Shown in pieces: positions 21,895 to 31,159 of a stretch of DNA of 64,000 nucleotides; the stretch's first letter is position 1, and every line of letters starts with the position of its first letter. This DNA comes from Bacillota bacterium (GTDB taxonomy: Bacteria; Bacillota; JAAYKD01). The stretch is from positions 896,001-960,000 of the forward strand of contig OY762825.2 in the NCBI GenBank assembly GCA_963666425.2, written 5' to 3'. The position numbers and the translations under genes were made by a program. Under the pieces are notes generated by a model. The model did no database searches, was not told the origin of the DNA, and was given only the letters and a program-made list of their open reading frames with translations.

Positions 21895-23349
21895 CTAGTT
21901 ATTTTTTTGCTTCGTTGCCGCTGCTTTGGCACAGAAATCTGTAAACCAAGCAAACAGCGGTGTCATATCAGGCCCTTGAGGCGGTTCCGGAAAATCACCG
22001 CGCATCCGTTCCGGATGCCACTGGAAGCCATAGATAGGCAGTGTCTCATGTTCGCAGGCTTCTGCCACGCCGTCTTCTGAGTAAGCCGTAATCCGCAGCT
22101 GTTCGGCTACACGGCCAACTTTTAAATTATGGCGGCTGTTGATCCAAAACTGATCGCCAAATATCCCGGCGAGCAGTGAATTTGCTTCTGTTTTGATTAA
22201 ATGTTCCGTCATCATATGTTCTACACCGTCTTGCAATTTAAAGTTCAGCACCAGGTCGCCGCCGAGGACAACGTTGATTTCCTGCATACCAAGGCAAATG
22301 CCAAAAATCGGTTTCTGGGCTTTTAAGGCGGCACGGATCATAGCGTGATCGTCCGGCGTACGGATCCTCTGCATTTCCGGCGTCAGCAATCCGGGAGCCG
22401 GTGCGTAGGCATGAGAACCGGACAAGACCAAACCATCCACGATTGCCATATATTCATCCAAACTGTTCATATCCAGCGGTGAAATCGGGACAGCGTCAAC
22501 CGCAGCAAAGGCAGCAGAATAGGTTTTGTTTAAAACATGGCCGAGTGAAAAGAATTCCCGATCGATTGCCGGGCCATCGGAAATCAGAAAAATCGGTTTC
22601 TTCTGAGCCGCTGCCGGTTTGATATTTTTCTGGCTCAGTTCGATCAATTTGGCAAAGAGGGCACCGTCCTGCATCACACCGTCTACTGCCCGCTCCGGAT
22701 TCCATTGCACGCCAAAGACTGGCTTGCTTTCATGGGCGATGGCTTCAATCACACCGTCTTCCGCTCTAGCCGCCACCTGCATACCGGGAGCCAAGCTTTT
22801 GACTGCCCGCTTGTGGCAGCTGGTGACGGTCGTACCGCTTTGAATCACCGAAGAAAGCATTGTGTTCGCTTCTACCTGTATGGGATGAAAACCAAAATTC
22901 ACCGGTAACGGCGGCAGCGCCGGCGGTTGGACAGCGCCGGGATGCATGAGGTTGGTATCTTTACTCAAATCTTTATAAAGCGTCCCCTGCAAAGCGACAT
23001 TGATGATCTGCATACCGCGGCCGATGCCCATAATCGGTTTACCTGCTTCATAAAACAATTGGCAAAGCCGGAAATCCAGATCATCCCGTGTTCGGCTGAA
23101 GGGATGCATCTCGGCGGCGTCTTTGTAGATCTCACCAAACCGGTAGACGTGCATATCCAACCCATCGGTCAGTAATAAAGCATCCGCCAGATCACAGTAT
23201 TCTTCAGCTGCTTTGATATCGAAACCCCAAATCGGCAGTCCTCCCGCTTTGGCCACTGCCTCGCCATAGGCATTGCTCATCACGTTTAAAGGGGTCCCGT
23301 CGGCACCGATGCCGTCTTCTCCAACGATTAAAATTCTCGGTTTCATCAT
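21895..23349 (-). CDS. Tandem two-domain gamma-glutamyl-gamma-aminobutyrate hydrolase family (peptidase C26) protein
   Basis: Two class I glutamine amidotransferase domains: N-terminal GIGRGMQ/QWNPE (degenerate) and C-terminal GICLGMQ/QWHPE (intact). Confidence 0.85.
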   Translation of the reverse strand: MMKPRILIVGEDGIGADGTPLNVMSNAYGEAVAKAGGLPIWGFDIKAAEEYCDLADALLLTDGLDMHVYRFGEIYKDAAEMHPFSRTRDDLDFRLCQLFYEAGKPIMGIGRGMQIINVALQGTLYKDLSKDTNLMHPGAVQPPALPPLPVNFGFHPIQVEANTMLSSVIQSGTTVTSCHKRAVKSLAPGMQVAARAEDGVIEAIAHESKPVFGVQWNPERAVDGVMQDGALFAKLIELSQKNIKPAAAQKKPIFLISDGPAIDREFFSLGHVLNKTYSAAFAAVDAVPISPLDMNSLDEYMAIVDGLVLSGSHAYAPAPGLLTPEMQRIRTPDDHAMIRAALKAQKPIFGICLGMQEINVVLGGDLVLNFKLQDGVEHMMTEHLIKTEANSLLAGIFGDQFWINSRHNLKVGRVAEQLRITAYSEDGVAEACEHETLPIYGFQWHPERMRGDFPEPPQGPDMTPLFAWFTDFCAKAAATKQKNN

Positions 23350-23398
23350 AAAATATCATCCTTTCGCTTTTTAATCGGATTCTATGTTCGTTCGCTCG

Positions 23399-24049
23399 TT
23401 AAAATGTAATCAGGTTTTGTAAATGAGTCCAGCATTCCGCTAAGTAATAGGCCGTCCCGGATAAACCGATTTTAATTTTCTCTCTCGCCGGCAAATCATG
23501 TCCCTGCAAGAGAAGACCTTCCTGTTCCAATTCCGTCAGCAGCCGAGGCTGCAAAAGACTGGGAAACAGAGCGGCAGGAACTTGAACGATGGCCAAATTC
23601 TCCATAGAAGCTCGTGGCTCCGCCTGAAATTCTCCCCAATAAACGGGCGTAAACCAGGTGCGATAATAGGGTTCTTGACCCGGTTTCCGTACAATCCATT
23701 GTTTTTGCCATAAAAAGAGCGGTGCCGGTTGACTATCGCTCCAAGGTCCGCTGATTGTTTGCAGTTGTTGCTCGGGTGAAAGATACAAGGTTGATCCGTA
23801 CGGCGGTTCTTTTAAATCAATCGCTGCGCTGGCTTCTTCGATCGCCTCCCGTGCGACTGCCTGACTGAAATTTTCCGATCCTTCCAAACCGCCGCCGATG
23901 CCGATGCAATGGATCACAACACTGCCGTCCTCTTCGTTCTGCCAATAAGCAGGCTGGCTGAGGGCAAAGACCAGGCGTCCCTGCCAGGTGCTGAGCAGAC
24001 CGGTGCTGAAGCGGCAATCGGCAATGGCTAAATTTTTCAGTGTTTTCAT
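23399..24049 (-). CDS. NUDIX hydrolase
   Basis: Nudix box G-x5-E-x7-RE-x2-EE (GGLEGSENFSQAVAREAIEE). Confidence 0.7.
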   Translation of the reverse strand: MKTLKNLAIADCRFSTGLLSTWQGRLVFALSQPAYWQNEEDGSVVIHCIGIGGGLEGSENFSQAVAREAIEEASAAIDLKEPPYGSTLYLSPEQQLQTISGPWSDSQPAPLFLWQKQWIVRKPGQEPYYRTWFTPVYWGEFQAEPRASMENLAIVQVPAALFPSLLQPRLLTELEQEGLLLQGHDLPAREKIKIGLSGTAYYLAECWTHLQNLITF

Positions 24050-24696
24050 TGGCTGTTTTCTTCTCCACTAATCGCAATAGCCCGGACAGGCGCACCATCC
24101 GAAGCAAGGTAATGCAGCGGCAGAGCATAAAACTGCAGCAGTTGCTGACCTAGCCGCTGCAAGTTGATCAGGTTCTCAATGATTAAAATTTCTTTTTCCA
24201 ACAGAATACGGTGATTGATCAGGGAATCAATCGGATCAATCGAGGTCGTATCCACGCCGAACCCTTTTTTGCCTTGCTTCACCAGCCACTGTGCAATTTC
24301 CGAACTGATCCTGGGGTAGTGTTGGTTGTATTGCTCACTGCCCCAATAGCGACTCCAGCCGGTATGCAGCAAAACAAACTCTGCCTGTTCTGCCAGCGGC
24401 TGCAAATGCAGCATTTCGTTCAAGCTGAGGATGCTGTCTGCCGGCAACCCACTGCAATCGACGACTGCGGCGGACCCCAAAAAATGCTCCGGTGAGAATT
24501 GGTCCAGCGTTTTGCCATCGAGGAAAATATGCGCAGGTGCATCCATATGAGTGCCGTGATGAGAATATAAAGTCAGCGCTGTCTGCCGGAAATAATCGTT
24601 TTCTATGGTATTCACCTGCCGGAGCACCGGCTGCGGTGTTCCGGGGTAGACGGTCAGTTCTGCTGTTAAAAGATGCGTCAATTCTACAACCCGCAA
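24046..24696 (-). CDS. Cyclase family / kynurenine formamidase-like metal hydrolase
   Basis: HHGTHMDAPAH motif; GVDTTSID; IIENL; DGAPVRA. Confidence 0.88.
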   Translation of the reverse strand: MRVVELTHLLTAELTVYPGTPQPVLRQVNTIENDYFRQTALTLYSHHGTHMDAPAHIFLDGKTLDQFSPEHFLGSAAVVDCSGLPADSILSLNEMLHLQPLAEQAEFVLLHTGWSRYWGSEQYNQHYPRISSEIAQWLVKQGKKGFGVDTTSIDPIDSLINHRILLEKEILIIENLINLQRLGQQLLQFYALPLHYLASDGAPVRAIAISGEENSQ

Positions 24697-24726
24697 AGAG
24701 AGTCACCTCAATCCAAACGATAATCA

Positions 24727-24759
24727 GATAGGCTGTCTCAAATGCTGAGACAGCCTATC
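24727..24759. terminator. Hairpin between amidohydrolase and cyclase (weak terminator or mRNA stabiliser)
   Basis: Perfect 14-bp inverted repeat with no strong T-tract. Confidence 0.5.
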
Positions 24760-24769
24760 AGGGATTTTC

Positions 24770-25933
24770 CTATTGTTCGACTACAATTTCACCGTTCAAA
24801 ATCACATGGCTAGGTTTCGCACCGGTGTCAAAAGGATGGCGCTGCCAAATCACCAGATCCGCTTCTTTGCCAACTTCCAGAGAACCAAAGCGATTGTCCA
24901 GTCCGAGGATCTGCGCCGGATAGAGAGTAATGGCCTTTAGCGCTTCCATTTCCGGCAAACCTGCTGCACAAGCCATGCCGGCTAAGAGGGGCAGTGATTC
25001 CTGCGGCAGCACAGGAGAATCCGTACAAATCGCTACTTTGACCCCGGCTTTGTTTAATACAGCCGGCGTGGTAAAGCTTTTATTGGCTAATTCGACTTTG
25101 GTGCGGCTGCCAAAGCTGGGACCGACGATGGCGGGATAGCCTAGTTTAGCCAGACGTTCCGGCATCAGATGTCCTTCGGTGCAATGATCGAGCGTCAGTT
25201 TTACATTGAATTCCTGAGCAATCCGGATGGCGGTCAGGATATCATCGGCACGATGCGCATGTGCCTTCAAGGGAATTTCCCGGTGGATGACCGGCAGTAA
25301 AGCTTCCAATTTCAAATTGCGCTCCGGTGCCGGTTTCTCTTCTTGCTTGGCCAATTCAATTTTTCGATCATAATCAACCGCCGCAGCCAATGCTTCCCGC
25401 AGAACAGCGGCTGTGCCTAAACGGGTAGAGGGCATCATCTGACGGCTGCTGTAAACACGTTTGGGGTTTTCACCAAAGGCGCATTTCATCGCAGCCGGGT
25501 TCATCACCACCGCCTCATCGACACAATCCCCATATGTTTTGACGACAAAAAAGCTGCCGCCGATCACATTAGCAGAGCCTGGACCGGTCGCCACCATGGT
25601 GACACCACCTGCTAACGCTTCTCGTACCGTACGGTCGGTCGGCGTATATCCGTCGATACCACGCACTTGCGCCGTATTAGGGCTGGTCGCCTCATTGCCG
25701 TCAGCGCCTTCAAAGCCAATAGCATCTTCTTCTAATCCCAAATGGCAGTGCGCATCGATCAAACCGGGTGTCACCAGATGTCCGTGGGCATTGATTTCTT
25801 TTGCACCCAGCGGCAGCGGTAAAGCCTCACCGATCGCTGCGATTTTTCCGTCCAGCAGCAACAAATCCCCTTTGATCACACCGGCACTCGTCATCGTCAC
25901 CAATTTCGCATTGCGGATCAATAAAGTACTCAT
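24770..25933 (-). CDS. Metal-dependent amidohydrolase
   Basis: PGLIDAHCH, FGENPKRVY, AHAHRADD, DHCTEG and GSLEVGKEAD motifs. Confidence 0.9.
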   Translation of the reverse strand: MSTLLIRNAKLVTMTSAGVIKGDLLLLDGKIAAIGEALPLPLGAKEINAHGHLVTPGLIDAHCHLGLEEDAIGFEGADGNEATSPNTAQVRGIDGYTPTDRTVREALAGGVTMVATGPGSANVIGGSFFVVKTYGDCVDEAVVMNPAAMKCAFGENPKRVYSSRQMMPSTRLGTAAVLREALAAAVDYDRKIELAKQEEKPAPERNLKLEALLPVIHREIPLKAHAHRADDILTAIRIAQEFNVKLTLDHCTEGHLMPERLAKLGYPAIVGPSFGSRTKVELANKSFTTPAVLNKAGVKVAICTDSPVLPQESLPLLAGMACAAGLPEMEALKAITLYPAQILGLDNRFGSLEVGKEADLVIWQRHPFDTGAKPSHVILNGEIVVEQ

Positions 25934-25957
25934 GATAACGCTCCTTTAGCTTCGGAC

Positions 25958-27117
25958 TTAGCCGATCACCACTTCGCCGTTGACGATGACATGGCTGGGT
26001 TTGGCGCCATTTTCAAAGGGGTGCTTATTCCAAATCACTACGTCTGCATCTTTACCGACTTCCAATGAACCGACCAAATGATCGATCCCGATGATTTCGG
26101 CGGCATTGATCGTGATGGCTTCGAAGGCTTCCATTTCGTCCAAACCTTCTGCGACAGCCATGCCGGCCATCAAAGGTAAGCTTTCCAGAGGAACGACCGG
26201 AGAATCTGTACAGATGGCTACTTTCACACCGGCTTTGGTCAAAACGCCTGGTGTTTTAAAGCCTTTTTCTTTCAATTCAAATTTAGTGCGCGCACCAAAG
26301 CTGGGGCCGACAATCGCGGGCAGTCCTAATTTAGCCAAGTGTCCTGCAATCAGGTGACCTTCGGTACAATGATCGAGCGTCAGCTTGACGTTGAATTCTT
26401 TGGCAATCCGAATGGCGGTAAAGATGTCGTCGGCGCGGTGAGCATGTGCCTTTAAGGGCATTTCACGTTTTATAACCGGAATCAAAGCTTCGGATTGCAG
26501 ATTACGATCCGGTGCCGGTTTTCCCTCTTTCTCTGCCTGCTCCAATTTATTCATATAATTGGTGGCAGCTACCAGGGCTTCCCGAATCACTGCCGCGGTT
26601 CCCATCCGCGTAGCCGGCATTTTCTTTTGACCGCTGTAAACCCGTTTGGATTTTCGCCGAAGGCGCATTTCATGGCGATGGGATCTTTGATGATCATATC
26701 ATCCACACAATCGCCATGTAATTTAGCAGCAAAGAAGGTACCGCCCAGCACATTGGCGGATCCGGGACCGGTCGCTACACTAACTACACCACCGGCAAGA
26801 GCTTCTTTGACCATCCGATCCATCGGATTGAAGCCATCAATACCACGGACTTGAGCGGTATTGGGATTGGTTGCCTCATTGACATCGTTACCTTCGAAGC
26901 CGATGGCATCTTCCATCATACCGATATGACAGTGTGCATCAATCAAGCCCGGCGTTACGATGTGGTTTTTCGCATTGATTACTCTGGCGCCTTCCGGAAC
27001 CTTGACCGTTTCAGCAACGGCAGCAACTTTACCATCCGTTAAAAGTATTTCTCCCTTGACAATGCCTTGCTTGCCCATCGTATAGATGCGCGCATTTTTA
27101 ATGACTATTGATTGCAT
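25958..27117 (-). CDS. Metal-dependent amidohydrolase paralog (single-base frameshift near 26645)
   Basis: ORFs 26587-27159 and 25958-26668 are the two halves. The conserved ENPKRVY is broken at CCAAACGG, and one extra base restores it. Confidence 0.85.
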
Positions 27118-27270
27118 ATGATTCATCCTCCCTTTATTAATTGCTACTTCTCTTCTCATTTTCCCGAATGAATTCCTTCTTTCTCCCTGTTTTCAACCGG
27201 GAGCAGAAGGATTATTTTGTTGCAGAAGCGAAATATCTATCTGAACAAAAGATAAGGGAGTGAAGCCGGT

Positions 27271-28011
27271 ATGTCAGAGAAAAAAACTGGCATCAGCTCT
27301 TTTTTTCAATTGGCAGACAGCCAAAAGAAAAGGATCTGGGAAATCGATGCCCTGCGCGGGATTGCGATCTGTAATATGATCCTTTGTCACTTGCTCTATG
27401 ATCTGCGCTGGTTTTTCGCTTGGCCGATCGACTTGAACAGCCCCTGGCTTTGGCTGCCTTTTCAGGGGGCAGTGCTGTTTTTTTTACTTTCCGGGATCAG
27501 CAGTAATTTTAGCCGGTATGCAATTCGACGCGGTCTGCAGACCGGCGCCTGTGCGCTCCTCGTAACCTTTGTCACTTGGCTCATCGACCATCAGGCTTAT
27601 GTCCGTTTTGGTACGCTGCATTTCTTAGCTTGCGCCATGCTGTTGACACCGCTGTTGAAAAAAAACAATTCGCTGCAGCTGGCGGGTTGTATTCTGCTTT
27701 TTTTTGCTTTTGGTTTCTATTTTTCCCAATATCGAGTCAGCATCCCCTGGCTTTTCCCTTTGGGATTGCTGACAGCCGATTTCAGTTCAACAGATTATTT
27801 TGCTATTTTCCCGAATTTAGGCTATTATGCTTTGGGTATTTTGCTGGCTCGGCGCTATTATGCCGAGCGCCGCTCGCGGCTTGCTCCCTTTCCTCATACT
27901 CTTTGGCTGCAATGGATGGGGCAGCATGCGCTCTTTCTTTATCTGGTACACCAACCTCTGCTTTTAGCCTTTTCAGGGCTGCTCTCTTGGGCGAAGGGTT
28001 TCCTCAGCTAA
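27271..28011 (+). CDS. DUF1624 / heparan-alpha-glucosaminide N-acetyltransferase-domain membrane protein
   Basis: RIWEIDALRGIA, FGTLHFL, DYFAIFP and LYLVHQP; multiple TM helices. Confidence 0.85.
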   Translation: MSEKKTGISSFFQLADSQKKRIWEIDALRGIAICNMILCHLLYDLRWFFAWPIDLNSPWLWLPFQGAVLFFLLSGISSNFSRYAIRRGLQTGACALLVTFVTWLIDHQAYVRFGTLHFLACAMLLTPLLKKNNSLQLAGCILLFFAFGFYFSQYRVSIPWLFPLGLLTADFSSTDYFAIFPNLGYYALGILLARRYYAERRSRLAPFPHTLWLQWMGQHALFLYLVHQPLLLAFSGLLSWAKGFLS

Positions 28012-28130
28012 AAGAAAGATCAGCGCTATTTCGGGCAGCATCATGAAATGAAATACTCCTGCAGACAGCACAGCGGTGTGCAGGAGATTCATCTATAGAG
28101 TATAAAAAGAAAAAACGAGAAGAGGAGTGA

Positions 28131-29135
28131 ATGATCATCTCACAAAAATTAGCAAAAGTTTTAATTATCGCCACCGGCGGCACCATTGCCGGCCGCGGCA
28201 ATCCGGGCAAAACAGTTGGTTACAAACCAGGTGAAATCAGTATTGCCGATTTGATTGAAAGCATACCGCAGCTTACGGACGCTGCTGAAATTGAAGGTCT
28301 GCAATTTGCCAATGTTGGTTCGATTGCCCTAACGCATCAGGATTGGCTGCGTCTGGCGCAGACCATCAATACCCGTTTCGCCGAAGATGCGGAACTTGCC
28401 GGTGTAGTCATCACACACGGTACCGATACCTTGGAAGAAACGGCTTACTTTTTGAATTTAACCATCAAAGACCGGCGGCCGGTCGTGGTGGTCGGTTCCA
28501 TGCGGCCGGCAACCGCCCTTTCGGCCGACGGACCGCTCAATCTGCTCAACGCTGTGAAAATAGCAGCCTGTGCCGAATCCTGCGGTAAAGGGGTCCTCGT
28601 CTTTTTAAACGATGAGATCCATTTTGCCCGCAGCGTGACCAAAACAAACGCCAATAAAGTGGAGACCTTTCAGAGCCATTACAATGGACCGCTCGGTTTT
28701 ATCCGCGGTGACAGAGTCTGTTATTATCAGCAGCCAACCCGGCTGCACACCGTTGACACCGCTTTTGACGTCAGCCAAATCAGCGAATTACCGCGAGTAG
28801 ACATCGCTTATGTCTATATCATGGCAGATGGAACCGCAGTGGATGCTTATCTGGCAGCCGGAGCCAAAGGGATCGTGGTTGCGGCAGCCGGTGCCGGCGC
28901 TATCCCTCATAGTATGTATGCCTCTTTAAAAATCGCCGCAGCAGCCGGTGTAGCCGTCTTGGTCTGCAGCCGAACCGGTGCCGGTTTGGTTGGCCCCGCC
29001 AATGAAGAATCAAACCGCCAAGGTCAGCTCACCGGCGATAATCTGAATCCGCAAAAAGCCCGCGTCCTGCTGAGTTTAGCCTTGGCACACAGCAGTGATT
29101 TTGTGCAGATCCAAAAATGGATCAACCAATACTAA
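28131..29135 (+). CDS. L-asparaginase
   Basis: Catalytic motifs ATGGTIA and HGTDTLEET; SMRP; LNPQKAR. Confidence 0.92.
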   Translation: MIISQKLAKVLIIATGGTIAGRGNPGKTVGYKPGEISIADLIESIPQLTDAAEIEGLQFANVGSIALTHQDWLRLAQTINTRFAEDAELAGVVITHGTDTLEETAYFLNLTIKDRRPVVVVGSMRPATALSADGPLNLLNAVKIAACAESCGKGVLVFLNDEIHFARSVTKTNANKVETFQSHYNGPLGFIRGDRVCYYQQPTRLHTVDTAFDVSQISELPRVDIAYVYIMADGTAVDAYLAAGAKGIVVAAAGAGAIPHSMYASLKIAAAAGVAVLVCSRTGAGLVGPANEESNRQGQLTGDNLNPQKARVLLSLALAHSSDFVQIQKWINQY

Positions 29136-29146
29136 AGGAGCGAAGC

Positions 29147-29827
29147 ATGCCTAAGATCGGTTTGATTACGGTCGGTCAAAGCCCGCGCAGTGATATTACG
29201 CCGGAACTGCTGCCCTTGCTGCCGCAGAATTGTGAGATTCTCGAGCGCGGCGCTTTGGACGATCTCAATCTCCGGCAGATTCAGGAATTGGCGCCTGCCA
29301 GCGGTCAGCCTTTGCTGATCTCACGTCTGCGCGACGGCAGTCCGATTACGATTTCCCGCGAATTGACCTTAAATCGGCTGCAGGGTTGCGCCGATTGGCT
29401 GCTGGAACGCGGTGCCGATTGTCTCGTCTTACTCTGCACGGGTGATTTACCAAAACTAAAGGCTAACGTACCTTTTCTCGCGGCGGAACCTTTATTATAC
29501 CGCCTGATGCAGGGCATCACCGCCATCAATCAGTTGCCCTTTGGCGTGCTGGTTCCACTGGAATCGCAGATTGCGCAGGTTCGCCGGCAATGGCAGGAGA
29601 TCGGCCTGACTCCTGTTTTTACCGCTGCCAACCCTTACGATAAGAACAGCGATTTTGCCGGTGCAGCGAAACTGCTGCAGGCTGCCGGTGCTCGTCTGAT
29701 TTTACTCGACTGCCTCGGCTTTGGCTTAGCGGAAAAGCGCATCGTGCAGCAAGCAACCCACTTGCCGGTAATCCTGCCACGCACAGTAATTGGGCGTACA
29801 TTGGCTGAGCTACTGGAAATTTTATAA
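29147..29827 (+). CDS. AroM family protein
   Basis: TVGQSPRSD, SRLRDG, LCTG and LDCLGF; RBS AAGGAG. Confidence 0.82.
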   Translation: MPKIGLITVGQSPRSDITPELLPLLPQNCEILERGALDDLNLRQIQELAPASGQPLLISRLRDGSPITISRELTLNRLQGCADWLLERGADCLVLLCTGDLPKLKANVPFLAAEPLLYRLMQGITAINQLPFGVLVPLESQIAQVRRQWQEIGLTPVFTAANPYDKNSDFAGAAKLLQAAGARLILLDCLGFGLAEKRIVQQATHLPVILPRTVIGRTLAELLEIL

Positions 29828-29863
29828 AAAACCGGTTCCAGACTAATCTGGAACCGGTTTTTT
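29826..29863. terminator. Bidirectional terminator
   Basis: AAAAAACCGGTTCCAGA / TCTGGAACCGGTTTTTT. Confidence 0.8.
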
Positions 29864-29992
29864 CAGAGAGTTTTTTCAGAGAACGAGCAACTGAAGCTGA
29901 ACGTTGCTTTATTCTAGCGAATCCTGCCTTACACACCAAGACGGTTCATCTAATCCCAATCGATCTGGGAAGGCCACACGAACTATTCCTTG

Positions 29993-30514
29993 CTATTCTT
30001 TCCAAAGCACCTGTTCTGCTTCATACTGTGTGCGGGCTTCTTTGCTTTCGGCTGGAATACCGATCGCAATCAAACTCATCGGCTCCAAATAGTCCGGTAA
30101 ATTTAGGATTAGCTTATCCGACTGTTTACGCTCAGCCAAAGGATGCTGCCCGATCCACACCGCGCCGTAGCCGAGTGCATGGGCTGCCAGCAGAATATTC
30201 TCTGTCATGGCGGCACAATCTTCCACCCAAAAATCTCTGCCTTCTCCGACGTACATGCGACGGCTGTCGCCACTGACCAAAAAAGCAGCAGCAGCGTTCG
30301 GCAGCATTTTGCCATAGGGATTGGCATCAGCCAATTGATTGAGCAATTGCCGATCGGTAATCACCGTCACATGCCAGGGGCGATGATTGGACGCCGACGG
30401 TGCAGCCATGCCTACCTGCAGTAATTGTTCCAGCATTTCACGCGGGATTGCTTCACCGGTATAGCGGCGAATACTGCGCCGGCCAAAGAGATGCATTAAT
30501 TTAGAATTCAACAC
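29993..30514 (-). CDS. Nitroreductase family protein
   Basis: RRSIRRY, APSASNHRPW, DCAAMTENILLAA and GAVWIG. Start uncertain (GTG at 30514). Confidence 0.88.
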   Translation of the reverse strand: MLNSKLMHLFGRRSIRRYTGEAIPREMLEQLLQVGMAAPSASNHRPWHVTVITDRQLLNQLADANPYGKMLPNAAAAFLVSGDSRRMYVGEGRDFWVEDCAAMTENILLAAHALGYGAVWIGQHPLAERKQSDKLILNLPDYLEPMSLIAIGIPAESKEARTQYEAEQVLWKE

Positions 30515-30536
30515 TTTCTCTGTCCCCTTCCTAAAA

Positions 30537-31037
30537 TCACGCTTCATTTTGTGTTTCTCTCGCTTGAAAAGAATAAAAGAGACCAGGTACATTCTGCAGA
30601 CGAGTGGATATCCTGTTCATTCCTGCGCCTCCAAAAAGATGCGCCGGACAGTGACAGTCTGAAGCGCCGAAGCGGGCAATGGGAATGGTGATTTCCGGTT
30701 CGGCGGCAATCAGCGCAGCCAGTTCGCATTCGGCAAGGGCGCTGGAATCAAACAGCCATATTTCACGGCAGCGCGCTTCGCGGCGCAGGTAATCGATGTG
30801 CCATTTTATGCGTCCGTCTCCCTGCCAATGCCGACGCAAGCGATGTTTGGCGTTGCGCTTGGCGCTGCCGACATAGGCATAACAGCCTGCCGGCAACGCA
30901 TAGGTCCCCTTGCGGCCGACGGTCAGTTCTAGCTGATCATCGAGCTGTAAAACCAAGACATAGCTGACAGACCTGCCCTCCAGAACATCCCAATCCGGCT
31001 GGTGGGAATCATCTGTTTTTTTATTTTCCGCTTGCAT
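30537..31037 (-). CDS. DUF123 / GIY-YIG superfamily nuclease
   Basis: YAYVGSA, RLRRH, WHIDYL, ECELA and FGASDCHCPAHLF motifs. Confidence 0.82.
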   Translation of the reverse strand: MQAENKKTDDSHQPDWDVLEGRSVSYVLVLQLDDQLELTVGRKGTYALPAGCYAYVGSAKRNAKHRLRRHWQGDGRIKWHIDYLRREARCREIWLFDSSALAECELAALIAAEPEITIPIARFGASDCHCPAHLFGGAGMNRISTRLQNVPGLFYSFQARETQNEA

Positions 31038-31159
31038 TCATTCTCCCTGTCTCTCGTATCCTTAGTATCTGCACATTTCTTTTCGTGAATCCATAGACAA
31101 ACCCCTGCAATTTCTGTTAAAATGATTGCGCATACGATCATTGACGAAACCAATAGGAA

